DNA of 64,000 nt from Octopus vulgaris. Its lineage: Eukaryota. Below, piece by piece: positions 12,814 through 25,614 of the stretch (its first letter is position 1; every line of letters begins with the position of its first letter). The DNA lies in contig OX597821.1 of assembly GCA_951406725.2 (NCBI GenBank), forward strand, positions 44,764,001 to 44,828,000, written 5' to 3'. A program made the translations under genes and the position numbers. A model generated the notes under the pieces. That model was not told the DNA's origin, did no database searches, and saw only the letters and a list, made by a program, of their open reading frames with translations.

Positions 12814-13025
12814 CCCTTTTGTTGCCATATTTCTGTTAAAATTACACAACCTTTGTTACAATTTATTTTGATAATAATGAATTTAGTAAAATAACTTTTT
12901 TTCTTATTAAGGTGGTGTTTGAGACATAACATGAAATTTTGGTGGAAAATAATTTATATCACTTTAAACAGAAAGTTTCTATCATAGAATCAGGGGCATT
13001 TACAAGCAGATTGGTATCAAAAGGG
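12814..13025. mobile_element. piggyBac-type MITE (family 1)
   Basis: TTAA|CCCTTTTGTTGCCA ... TGGTATCAAAAGGG|TTAA; homologous to the copies at 24690, 46360 and 62270. Confidence 0.75.
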
Positions 13026-13591
13026 TTAATGATCATGAAATCTTATGTGGCAATGAACAACGAAATTAATTTGAATATAAATTTAGATACTACATCAGAT
13101 AGCTGAATACACACAGAAACCTTTTTGCTATTATATACAGGCCTAAGGGTAGTGGCGGGAGAGAAACAACATGTGCTGGGTTAAATTGCTCATCCTGCTG
13201 AATTTTAAATTAAAACCATACCAATGTCAACTTTAGCATTCTTCTCCTGGTGATCAGTAAGTGTCAGCTACTAACGGTCAATTTATTCAACTAAATTCCT
13301 TTCCAACAAATTTGTGGCTTTGTGCTTATGTAAGAAATCAAAATTGTACAGCTCTGTTACAATTCTATAGAACAGGAATTAAACTCTAGTAGAGAGAAAC
13401 GGAAACCAATTTTAATTCATGTTTCAACCAATACACTTTATGAACATTAAAATCCTTAAGGCACAAATGTTACAACTTTTCATTTATCTTCATATAATAA
13501 TATAAAACTTCATGATTAATTTTAAAATAGCATTATAATAGAAGTCTTTCAATCATGTCACAAATACACTAACACACCAAAACTATTTTAA

Positions 13592-13814
13592 TCCTTTAGC
13601 TTTCAGATTACCCTGTCAAAAGTAATGTTTCTTTATTTACATTGTCTTCAGTTAACCCAGCAATATCTTTATAGCTTTGAGATTTCGACAATGTGATTGC
13701 TTATTTTTAGAATAACCTTGTAAGGTAGTTGTGAGAGAGGCCAGATCAGGCTAGTTTGAACATAAAACAAGTAGACTATTTGGGCTTTATATGGTTGGCT
13801 TAAATGCTAAAGGG
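13592..13814. mobile_element. piggyBac-type MITE (family 2)
   Basis: TTAA|TCCTTTAGCTTT ... AAATGCTAAAGGG|TTAT. Confidence 0.55.
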
Positions 13815-14189
13815 TTATCTTGAGTTTTGAGATTTGCAACATTTTTTCCTTCTCTTTGGGTGTTCTTAGTTAAATCTGTTCTGTTGCAAGAATTCAGATC
13901 TGGTGCCCTGGTCTAAAGGTAATTTCCTTCTACTAGTCTCTGAAGCCAGAAAACAGTCTTAGGCACTGCCCTTCCTCCTCTGGCTAAACTAAGAAAAACT
14001 TTTGATGTTAATGTTGAAAATTCCAAATTCATATCAATCCAAAGGGCTAATGTTATACGAAGAAAAGACTGGGTGTTCTGATTAGCGTGATGGAAGTCCT
14101 AGGAGGACCCCTACCACCAACACTAACACTAACCACATGAAAGGAGGTGACAAAAGAGTAAAGGCCATTGTAGTAGCAACAGAAAAGAC

Positions 14190-14760
14190 AAAGAAGAAAC
14201 AACACATTTGTTAATTATAGATTGGAGTGTGTGGGTGATTTCTCTGGACATGGTCTAAGATGCATGTGTGAGTGTGCAGCAGCAGCAGAAATACTCTTCC
14301 AACTGGTAATCCATCAAAAAGCTCACTTGGGCTTTTTTGGTGGGTTACCAGTTGTTGGGGACTTAAGTGCTTTACAGCTTTGAAGGAAAGATTCCTCACT
14401 GAGATACAGTTTTAGCTACGTCATGCTAATAAGTGTGATATGCTGGATGTATAATGTAAATGTGCATGCATTATGGAACAGAGAAACTGAGAGAAAACTA
14501 AGCATAATGATAGTAAGGGCAATGGGTATGTTGGTATGGGCATGTAATACATGTGGATAATGATAGGTGGATGAATAAGTGCCTAGAGATTCATGGAGAA
14601 GGATCCAATGGAAGAGGGAGATCAAAGCAGATATGGGTAGAAGTGATGATCTCAGGAAACTGAAGGAGCTGACAAAGGAATGCAACAAGTGATGGGAAGG
14701 ACTCATCTGACCAATGCAAAAGCATGGAAAAAGAAAAGGTAAAAACAAAGATGAGGAAGG
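14190..14760 (+). mobile_element. Highly decayed RTE-like LINE 3' fragment
   Basis: Degenerate similarity to 51560-52110 (agtgtgatatgctggatgtataatgtaaatgtgcat; tggtatgggcatgta). Confidence 0.5.
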
Positions 14761-14930
14761 AAATTTTCTATCAAGTATTTCGCTATAAAAGTTAAATACA
14801 AAAGAAAATTAAATACATATGTAACTTATTTAGTTACTAATGTAAAACAGAGATTCATGATAAAAATTTTGAGAAATTCAATAAAATATAATCAGTTCTT
14901 TGTTTAACATCCAAATTAAAGCAATAAATC

Positions 14931-15100
14931 ATCATCATCATCATCACCATTTAATATCTATGTTTTATGCTGGAATGGGTTGGATGGTTTGAAAGGAACT
15001 GATGGCTCCAGTGTCTTCCTTGGCATGGTTTTTACACTTGGATGCCCTTCCTAATGCCAACCACTTTACAGACGGTACTGGATGCTTTTTTCATGCCACC
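14931..15100 (-). mobile_element. RTE 3'-end repeat (short)
   Basis: (CAT)n tail plus ggatgcccttcctaatgccaaccacttt. Confidence 0.7.
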
Positions 15101-15519
15101 ACCACCACCACCAATGATGTCATCATGCATCTCACAAGACTAGAAACCCCAAGAATAGGGGAGGGGCACAAAAATGATTTTTTTAAAACTCCAATAAAAT
15201 ATGTTTTCAATAACCACTTACCTTTGTGATTTAAAATATACCCATTGTAAGTCATAAAACCAGTCATATTGCTATGATGATGAAACTAAAACTAAAGTAG
15301 CTTTTTACAGCTGCTTAGAAGAATAACAACGCTAGGAAACCTATGACCAATCTTCAGAATCAAGGAAATACTATCTGCCGTAGTCTACGCATCTACTTAT
15401 CTGCTTCAGTGGTGGAATCCAGGTGGTAAGCTTTCTATTGGCTATTAACTAACATATGATGTACTTATAATAACAGCTACCAATCAGAGTTAGCAGAAAG
15501 TAGTTCAAACCAGTTCCAA

Positions 15520-15522
<3 letters not shown>

Positions 15523-15574
<52 letters not shown>

Positions 15575-15605
15575 ATGTGTGTGCATGTTTGCGTGTGCAT
15601 GTGTA
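15523..15605. repeat. (TG)n microsatellite
   Basis: Read directly from the sequence. Confidence 0.95.
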
Positions 15606-16665
15606 TGAACCGTCAGCCAAAAGAAACAGCCTTATTTCTTGATTTATGCATTTAACTATTCTGGGAAATACAATTAAAAAAGAAAAATAATAGATATAAG
15701 AAAAAAAATTCTTAAATTGCATTTTTAAAAATCCACTTTATCTTTGTTATTGAAAACCATAAAATCAGTATTTTTACAGAAACAAACTGATGACACGTGG
15801 ATAGTAATATTCTTTTGGTAGAATTACTATTAAAAAAAGTGTAGGAATGGAATGCAGAATATGCATGGCTCTGGAGTACACAGACATAAATACCCAAACT
15901 AATTTTTGGATAATGATTTACATTTGTATAGGGTAATAAGCAGGGAGATATGTCAGAGTAGCAGGATAAATGCTTTACAGTATTTAGTTTCAGCCAACTT
16001 TATTCATTGATGGTATAACAATATATCCTCACAATAGTACAGTGGTATCAACTATATTATATAACCTATCAACAGCAGTGTAGCATTTACTATGTTGTAT
16101 ATCCTTTGTCTAAAGAAAATAATATACTTTCAGAAGTTGAAAATGAAAACAAATTACTTACGCATAAATTTATACTTGAGTATAAATTGACATATAAACA
16201 AAAAAAAAAAAAAATTATAAATAATTATAGTAAAGGAAAAATGCTATGAATACATAAACAAGAGGGTTTGTGCATTTGGTGCAGATGAAGGGAGGAGGGT
16301 AATTTCTGTTTTTAAGAAAAAAAAAAAAAATAATAATAATAATAAGTAAATAAAAAGAGAGAAAAGAATACGTAATAAACAAGGTAGGATTGGTTTGCAT
16401 TCCAATTCAGTAGTTTGAAATAGAAACAAGGACAAAAATAAACAACATGAGTCAAGGAAGGAACACTGACATGATCACTCAAAACTGCTAATAACAGCAA
16501 AAAAGTAGAGTTCAAACAAACCTTGCTGTTTTAAGACAGAATTAATGACATAGTCTGGAATATAACACATCTTAAAAGAAGATGAGATGGTCATAGCCAG
16601 AATGTCTTTGATCATAACTCTGCTCAAGCAGCATCATATCTATCTGTATGTTTATTGCACAAGAC

Positions 16666-16930
16666 ATCATCATCATCATTTAGCGTCCGCTTTCCATGCT
16701 AGCATGGGTTGGACGGTTCAACTGGGGTCTGGGAGGCTGCACCAGGCCCAGTCAGATCTGGCAATATTTCTACGGCTGGATGCCCTTCCTAACGCCAACC
16801 ACTCCATGAGTGTAGTGGGTGCTTTTTACGTGCCACCGGCACAGCTGTCAGACGGGGCTGGCAAACGGCTACAGTCGGATGGTGCTTTTTACGTGCCACC
16901 AGCACGGGGGCCAGGCGAGGCTGGCAACAC
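16666..16930 (-). mobile_element. RTE 3'-end repeat
   Basis: (CAT)n tail plus the family signature; CpGs are retained, suggesting a young copy. Confidence 0.85.
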
Positions 16931-17283
16931 CATGTATTTATTCATAACCAACACTGTACTTGCACTGTAGAAAATACAATAATGGTTTCACTTTTAGGGA
17001 GAAGGGATCATTCAGTCACACTAACCCCCAGTGATCAACTGGTGCTTATTTTATCAACCCTGAAAGGATAAAAGGTAAAGCTAACTTCAGTAGTACATGA
17101 ACTTGAAACATAAAGAGCTGGAAGAAATGCCACTATGAATTCTGTCCAATAAGCTAATGAGTCTGCCAGCTCATTGCCTTAATAACAGCTTAAACTCGAG
17201 CACAAGGCCAGCAATATTAGGGACAGTGAGTTCATCAGTTCATCAATTACATTAAACTCAGTACTTGATTGGTACTTTATTCT

Positions 17284-17503
17284 GGCAGAATCGTTAGCAT
17301 GCCGGGTGAAATGCTTAGCGGTATTTCGTCGGCCGCTATGTTCTGAGTTCAAATTTCGCCAAGGTCGACTTTGCCTTTCATCCTTTCGGGGTCGATTAAA
17401 TAAGTACTAGTTACGCACTGGGGTCGATGTAATCAACTTAATTCCTTTGTCTGTCCTTGTTTGTCTCCTCTGTGTTTAGCTCCTTGTGGGTAGTAAAGAA
17501 ATA
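17284..17503 (+). mobile_element. tRNA-derived SINE (family A)
   Basis: A-box-like tggcagaatcgttag and B-box gagttcaaatt; exact 17-bp TSD gattggtactttattct (17267-17283, 17504-17520). Confidence 0.88.
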
Positions 17504-18453
17504 GATTGGTACTTTATTCTATCAACCCCGAATAAATGAAAAGCAAAGTTGCTCTTGACAGGATTTGAATTCCGTATTCAAATCTTGTTTGTAGGCTGAT
17601 GCTGCTCATAGAGTCAACCAGTTTACAGAGTGTACTGGGTGCATTTTTTTTTCATAGCACCTTACATTGGGTAAGTATCTTTTACAACAACCTCAGGCTA
17701 ACCATAACTTTGAGTAAAATTTGTAAACAGAAAGTGGAAAACAAAACCTGTTGTCTTTGTGAACGAGTGCAAGCACACACACACACATACACACGTAAAT
17801 GTGAGGGTGCATATGAATGTTTACATTGTGTGACAAGCAAAAGAGGTGATTGCACTCATACACCCACTGTGGACAGTACATCTTGTAGCTCAAGAACTTT
17901 CAACTTGTGATGACAAGTGGAATAAAAAGAAAACTTTCTTACTGTGCAACAAAAAGCTGACTACAGGCAGGGCAACTGGCCTTAAAACAGTGTCTTTAAG
18001 TCTCTGTCAGACCTATGCCAGCATAGAAAAACAGGCATTAAAAGAATATCATGTGTGTTACGTTCCAAAACCCACCAAAATAGGTGAAAATCCATGAAGT
18101 AGAAACAGTACTGTATTTTAAAAAATTTATTTTATATTTTGTATAAATTTATTTTATTATAAATACAAAACACCACCACAAAGGAATTGACGTAAGCTTA
18201 AATAATAAACCACGATAGGTGAACCATGATATGGTGAGGGATTACTATATATGAACATCATTTAACATCTATTTTCTATGTTAGCATGGGTTGAACAGTT
18301 TGACAGGAGCTGGCAAGCCAAAGGACTGCACCACTGTCTGTTTTGGCATGGGTTTTATAACTGGATGCCAACCACCTTAGAATGGGCTGAATGCTTTTTA
18401 CATGGCACCAACTGGGTCACCAAATAACTCACACACATATATATATATATACA

Positions 18454-19600
18454 CAGACATGCAGGAAATAAATAGACACCTTTAATTCTCAAAATCTTTT
18501 ATTTAATATGCAAAGCGAAATTGAAATTGAATTAAAATGTAATCGAGTATTTAGCTGATATTCCCTTTGCAGTTTTTAATTCAGAAACTCTTTTGGGGAT
18601 TGAACTGATGAGCTTTGTGATTGTCTCTTGTGGAATTTCTGCCCACTTTTCACGCAACAATCGAAACAATTCATCTTTAGATTCCTGTTGAGTTTTCCAT
18701 ATAGTTCTATCTAGTATGCTCCAAAGATTTTCAATTGGGTTCATGTCAGGAGATTGGCTTGTCCAAGGAAGCTTTTTGATTCCATTTTCAGTCAGCCATT
18801 GTTGATTCCTTTTTGCTGTGTGGCATGGAGAAGTAGTCCTTGCTTATTTCGATGTATTTTTCAGAGTTTATGGTTCCAACACTTTTGATCAGCTTAGAAC
18901 GACCATTGCTGGTGACAACTCCCCATACCATTAGAGATACCGCCATGTTTTACAGTTGGTTGGAGTTGTTTCAAATCAAATTCTTGATTGGGAAGCCTCC
19001 AGACCCAAACACATCCACTGTCTGAAAATAATGCAAATCTGGATTCATCTGAGAAAATCACTCCATCCCAAAATGAACTGGATTTTTCTGACATCTTAGC
19101 CCATTTCTTTCTCTTCGTGATATTAATTGGTTGAAGGAGAGGTTTGCTTCTTGCTGCTCGTCCATAATACCCAAGTTTATGCAGATATGTAAAACACGTT
19201 CTAGCTGTTTTGCAACATCAGAATTCTCTTCAAACAGCGAAGCTTCCTTTCTGAGGGCCCAGGCCAGCCAGGATGAGAATCTGTTGATTCCTTTCCTTAG
19301 CTTTTGAATTACACTATAATTCTTTTAACAGTAGCAAGAGGAATTTGAAGATTTTCGTCAATTTTTCACTGGCTAAGACCAGCCTGAAATTGCCCAGCAA
19401 TACAACCTCTTTGAAAATCAGACAGTTCTGCTGAATTTTTTGTGCGTGCCATGGTTACTCTTCGCAAATGTTTAATATAATGGCACCTGGAATGAAAAAG
19501 AATAATTCCATTGTAAATTCTACACTGCTGAAAGCATATTAAGACGTTTAGATCAGAAATTTTGAAAATTAAAGGTGTCTACTTACTTCTTGCATGTCTG
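18454..19600 (-). mobile_element. Tc1-family (DD34E-type) transposon with a pseudogenised, internally deleted transposase
   Basis: TIRs cagacatgcaggaaataaatagacacctttaatt / aattaaaggtgtctacttacttcttgcatgtctg. ATG at 19452 begins MARTKNSAELSDFQRG. Motifs [15 protein letters not shown] and SPDMNPIENLW are present with stops and frameshifts. Confidence 0.92.
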
Positions 19601-20202
19601 TGTGTATATAATAACAACAGTATTATTATTATTATAAATACTATATTATTTTATGCCTATTCCCATGGTGGATGGGTTCCCTATACGCACAATTCTTATT
19701 TGGAGTTACTGACATGTTACATGTGTTAGCGATTACAACTTGCTTCAAGGATCCATTCTTGACTGAATTTCTATAGCTGGATACCAATCCTAAAACCAAT
19801 GATTTTACAGAGAGTATTGCATGCTTATCAGAACAGAAGCTTTATAGAGCCTATTTTGTCCTTACTATAATCAAAGGTCCTTTTATCTTAAACTGTCTTT
19901 GTTTACTAATTAGAGAGGTTGCCACATTACCTTACAAGACTATAGAGATCTCCCAAAACTTTTTCTGTTCATTCAAAGTAACATAATTGAGAAGGTTAAT
20001 AGATAAGAGTAGGGTAAAAGAGAGAAAACAGGGTGATAGAGGAGGTAGTAATGGAAGACAAACTGTGATAGGCAACTACACATGTTGCTTATTGGTAAGG
20101 AGGTTGATTGCAGGAACAGAGTGGTGATAGGTGCAGAGATAATGATATATGAGAGAGAGACAGAATGGTGGAAGAATGATAGAATTTAAGTGAAATTATT
20201 AT

Positions 20203-20598
20203 ACGAGTGGCTGTGTGGTAAGTAGTTTGCTTACCAACCACATGGTTCCGGGTTCAGTCCCACTGCATGGCACCTTGGGCAAGTGTCTTCTACTATAGCC
20301 TCGGGCTGACCAAAGCCTTGTGAGTGGATTTGGTAGACGGAAACTGAAAGAAGCCCGTCATATATATGTATATATATATATGTGTGTGTGCATGTGTGTT
20401 TGTCCCCCTAGCATTGCTTGACAACCGATGCTAGTGTGTTTACGCTCCCGTTACTTAGCGGTTCGGCAAAAGAGACCGAGAGAATAAGTACTGAGCTTAC
20501 AAAGAATAAGTCCCGGGGTCGAGTTGCTCGACTAAAGGCGGTGCTCCAGCATGGCCGCAGTCAAATGACTGAAACAAGTAAAAAAAAAAAAAAAAAAT
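20203..20598 (+). mobile_element. tRNA-derived CORE-type SINE (family B)
   Basis: tggctgtgtggtaag (A box), gggttcagtccc (B box), ccttgggcaagt CORE-like motif, an internal microsatellite and a poly(A) end. Homologs occur at 56295 and 61075. Confidence 0.85.
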
Positions 20599-20859
20599 AC
20601 TCATTTATTTGTATGTCAAGTTCTCAACTCAAGCAGGGCTCGAACAAACACTTATTCGGGGCAGTGTTTTATAACCAGATGCTCTTCATTTATATTGTTT
20701 ACAGGAGTCATAAACATGGCCACCAATTTTTGCTCAAACTGTCATGCAAAGACAAACAATGCAAGCACAAACACCCACAGGACAGGTTTCTAGGCAGCAT
20801 CAGTCTACCAATTCTACCCACAAAATGTCATGTCCACAGCTGGTTATTATATATACATA

Positions 20860-21095
20860 TATGTGCTGGTGCCACATAAAAAGCACTCAAGCTGGTTTCA
20901 CATCAGAAGCACTGGTGTTGGTATCATGTTAAAAGCACCTAGTACACTGTAGAGTGGTTGGCCTTAGGAAGGGCATCCAATTGTAGAAAGCATGCCAAAA
21001 CAGACAGTAGAGCCTGTGTGGCCCCTGGTTTACCAACTCCAGTCAAACCATTTAACCCATGCCAACATGGAAACAGACATTAAATGATGGAGATG
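20860..21095 (+). mobile_element. RTE 3'-end repeat
   Basis: ttaggaagggcatcc...aacccatgccaacatggaaa...ttaaatgatg. Confidence 0.7.
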
Positions 21096-21379
21096 AGAAA
21101 TGTGTGTGTGTGTGTAAATGATACATAAAATTTTAACTACAATTCACTTTTATATGTTTGTAATCTCTTATTCTGTTGTAAATATGTTTTAGTAACAACA
21201 GTAAATCTTTTCCTCATTACAAAAACCAACTTCTAATCTCAATGTTCTTTTCACCCATATCCTAATTGCTTCATTATTGCATCACATTCAAAATAGTACA
21301 TAACAATGATCCTAGCTCCACACCACCAATTAGCTAATTAATTAGGTTTCCACTAATTCTAAGCTAAATGTCCATGACA

Positions 21380-22300
21380 GTAATATCTTTCAGACATAAT
21401 CTGAGGCAGTTAAATGGGTAACAAAGAAGAGATGCTATTAGGTTCTGTATGCCTCAATCTCGTAATTTAGTACCACATAACTATTATTGTACAGTAATCC
21501 ATGTTGCAGCTGCACAAACACCATGAAATAATAACAAAACATTTGAAGGAAATCATCCATGGACCAGCAACACAGAAGTATTCACTTGCAAAGAAAACTC
21601 AAGATAACTGCAAAAGATCAAAAGATACTTTCGTGTAACATATGGCCTACAGGAGACTCTCAGTCCTCACTGACTGCAGGCACATTGTCTGATCTGTTGC
21701 CAAAAGGATTTTAGCTTAACCTTACTAAGTCCTCTCAGCTGGTATTCTTTAAACCGGATACATCTACAAACAGTACCCCCTACATACGAAACCACCAGTC
21801 ATATGCCTGTTTTTCTTCCAATGACACATTGCATTTGAATACACAAACCTCTCCAGGACTCTTAACTCACACATGTATACAGCTGTCAAATGTAACTTCA
21901 GTACTAAAACTAAACCAAATAGTGTACCTGCTGTTTCTTTCAAATAGTGTAATGCCAGTGTTACATCATTCTTAGCTCTCTATGAAAAAAGGCAACCTTT
22001 TCAACCCTATTAGCTGTAGTCCTACTTCTACTTTCAGCATCTCACTGCTCTAGAACAAGCTTTCATGAACAGTGTATGTGTTGATACATTTTCTCTCCTA
22101 TGTAAATGACGCAATCCTCATTCATTGTTGCATTCCACAGATCTGCCTCAATTACACACAACCTCAATACTTGCTACAGGGAATCTATATAAACAGGAAC
22201 AAAGATAACCCAGTTGTTTTCACTAACAATAAAACTGTACATCTCTCAAGAAAAGAAGTCCACAACTGAGCCAATGAGAAAGCAGTTATGTTTTCACACA
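21380..22300 (+). mobile_element. Very decayed LINE ORF2 fragment (CR1/jockey-like)
   Basis: C/A-rich composition and a vestigial KK..NYRPISL-like stretch near 21985-22040; no open frame remains. Confidence 0.3.
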
Positions 22301-23175
22301 ACTTGCAGACCCCTATTAAATACTTATACCAATCCTTTTCCCCACAAACTCTCTACAAATTGTGCTTAACACTTAAATATTGTAATTTTTTTTAAAGTGT
22401 CAAACAACAAACCCAGATTTCTGAATGTTTTATTGTTCGGGGAAGTTGAAAACCACTGGGGAAATTTGATGGACACAAAAGGATAAAGTTTAACCCAGTT
22501 AAAAAGAAATGAAGTTTAATGCAGAATATTAAACATAACTGAGCCATTAACTAACCTCAATGATTTGTGTAACTTCACCCAGTTTGCACTTACTTGAAAG
22601 GACTATAGCTGCCTTTCGCTCCTTATTGGGGAAAAATTATAAGTTGATATCATTACAAACAAACTGAACCTCCAGATAATAAACTGATAATTACATATAT
22701 ATCAATACAAAAAACTGAGGGTGCTTTGAGGACAAATGACCCAATAGCCACATTATTTAGATGAAAATACACTGTGGGAAAATGAATAATGAAAGCCTCA
22801 CAGAAGTGGATAAAAAATGAAGTAAATGTGTTGTTTTGAATTAACTACATTTATAATTACATGAAGCTATGTTCATCAGAATGGAAGTTATGATAATACT
22901 AATGACTAATTTAAATGTTGACTGTGTAAATATTTTGTTTTATTTTTCCATAAAGAATATGTTATGAAAATGCATGACAAAGTGGATGGGGAAAGTGAAG
23001 AATGTTGCCAGTGAGCAACTGATAAGTGACATTGCAAATAAGACACAAAAAGACTGGTGACCTATGGGAGTGGAGAGAGCAAAAATGAGGGCATGAGAGA
23101 GAGAGAGAGAGATTAGTCAGCTGACCCTTTTAACACAATAGTATGGAAAATGGCCTTTAATTATAGTGATGTAAA

Positions 23176-23450
23176 TCATCATCACCATTTAATATCCGCT
23201 TTCCATGCTGGCATGGGTTGAATGATTTGACAGAAGCTAGCTAGGCGGAAAACGGCACCAGGTTTCAGTGGATGTTTTGGCATGGTTTTTTTTTTTTTTT
23301 TGGTTGGATGCCCTTCCTAGCACCAACCACTTAACAGAGTGGACTGAGTGCTTCTTACATGGCACCAGCATAGGCAAAGTCAGTTTTGGCATGGTTTTTA
23401 CAGTTGGAAAGGCACCTAACTTCCAAATGCCAACCACTTTACAGTGTGGA
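23176..23450 (-). mobile_element. RTE 3'-end repeat
   Basis: (CAT)n tail plus the family signature. Confidence 0.75.
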
Positions 23451-24689
23451 CTAGATTATATCTGTAAATCACAAAAATATACTGACAGTTACACATTATA
23501 TACCATCTTGACTAGTGGGACCCATGAATATTTCAGGGAATTAATGGTAAACCTATTGAGTTATTTCTGAAAACTTTATCCAAAAAATATGAAAGTGTAG
23601 TCTATGTTGTGACTGTATGGAAAGAAAGTCGCTCACCTGCCATCCATTGAAAAGTGAAAGAAATTGGAATACAATGATTACTTGTACTTTATATACTTTA
23701 TACACAATTTTATAGACTTAATAGAGAGCATTCATAAAATAAATATTTACTCTTATTTTTCCCATAAACAAAACAAAAATATCCTGTATATGTGACACAA
23801 CCTTTAGTTTGCCACATAAATAAGCGGAAGTGCACTCATTCACACGTGTTAAATGATAGGTGATATAATAAACTTAATTCAATTAAAAAAAATACACTTT
23901 TCACTATCCAATTTCTCTCTCTCTCTTTCTCTCTGCCTTTCTTTAACCCTACCATCAGAACATCATCCCTCTGCTAAAATTATATTTCTAACTTTGCTCC
24001 TCTACCTTCAACCAACTTTTTTTAACCACATAATAAATATTACGCTCCCCCTACCTCATATTATGGACACTGCTCTCTTTCTCCTTCTGTCTCACTCTTT
24101 GCCTTAAGATTCTCCTTCCTTTTTTTCTCTTCTCTTTCCCTTCAACTAATCACATGAAAATGTTACAATTACATTCGTTCTACCTCACATCATGGCTGCT
24201 TCTATCTCCCTGTTTTTCTCTAATCACATGAAAGCATCACTTATGGACTAAGTAATACAATGACAAGCAGAATTATTATAAGATGTTCCACATCTTCCAC
24301 AGATATTATTAGCAGGAAATGTGGCACAAATGAATCCAAAAAACCTAATCTTAGGTGATGATGCCATATTGCTAAAAGTTAAAACTGGTAAAGAAGAAAA
24401 TGCAATGGAGAAAAATAAAATGTTAGTAGTTAGCAAATAATTTTAAAGCACAAAACCAAACGAACTAGAATTCTATAAAAAATATATTTCTAAATCTTGC
24501 TCTAATTTTCAACAAAGCAAAATATTAGAAATTATTTTACCCTTGTGAATAACATTTACATTGACATATTTGTGTTATAACTATCTCATACATTTAAATG
24601 TCATCAACAGTCCCATAACTCAACCATTATTACTAATACCTGTGGGGAAAGAAAAAACATTACAACTGTTATTTCCCTAAACATATTAA

Positions 24690-24906
24690 CCCTTCTGTTA
24701 CCACATTTCTGATGAAATACACAGCCTTAGCTTCAATTAATTTTGAAAATAATAAAGAATTCCAAGAAATAACAGTCATTTCTAAATTGGTATTTGGAAT
24801 ATAAATTAGCTTGAAATTTTTATGGAAGTTTTAATTAAGATCATTTTAAATCAAAGCAGTTGTCAGAGAACCAAGAGCAGTCTTAGGTGGGTTGGTAACG
24901 AAAGGG
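24690..24906. mobile_element. piggyBac-type MITE (family 1)
   Basis: TTAA|CCCTTCTGTTACCA ... TGGTAACGAAAGGG|TT; internal similarity to the copy at 12814. Confidence 0.75.
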
Positions 24907-25614
24907 TTGTAACCCTTTCGTTACCAACTTTTGTTTTTCTTATAGAAAAGGCAGCAAGAAACCACTTGAGCATATTGTACAGACTAGATATGATTGTCAT
25001 TGTTTAACATAAGCATATATACTTTTCATTTTTCTTTTCAGTTATCTTGAAGTATTGTTGTGACTTCTGCCTCATAGACAGAGTTTATCATATACTCCTG
25101 GTCCACACTACATACAATCAAAGAGAATCATAGAGAAATTCATGCTATATATAAGTGAATCTAAGAAATGCAACTTATGCATAACTGAAAGATCACATAT
25201 TCTTTTTAGATCCAAGATCTGAAATTTTCAGCAAATGCAAGCATACGGAGAAATATATTTTGGCAAACTGAAGGATACCATCCACTCCAGATGGAGCAAC
25301 TGACTCACTTTCTGCTAAATTATTCTACAACAATTAGTCTGATTTATGACTTCTACGGTCAATGGGAATGTATCTAATTTCATTTCTTTCCTTCCTTCCT
25401 TTTTCTGCTTTTATTACTCCTTTGACTTCTCATTCAACATTTTGCATCAGCGTTCTCATTTTTTGTTCTCATGGTTTCTCATGCCCCAGTGTCCTGATTT
25501 TCAAAAAGAACGAGCCATTTGCAAACAGGCTGAAGATTGCTCGGAGACCCACGGTACATTACAAAACCTGCCTAACAACATTTGTTTGTTGATCTTACCT
25601 TAATGGAACAGTAA

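Noticed and set aside
17284-17360. tRNA-like A/B boxes (also at 20203, 40779, 52656, 61075)
   Set aside because: These are SINE heads with TSDs and tails, not tRNA genes.
24248-24436. Hydrophobic N-terminus plus five Cys, resembling a secreted peptide
   Set aside because: TTG start, odd Cys count, no splice or promoter support; chance ORFs like this are common in AT-rich DNA.
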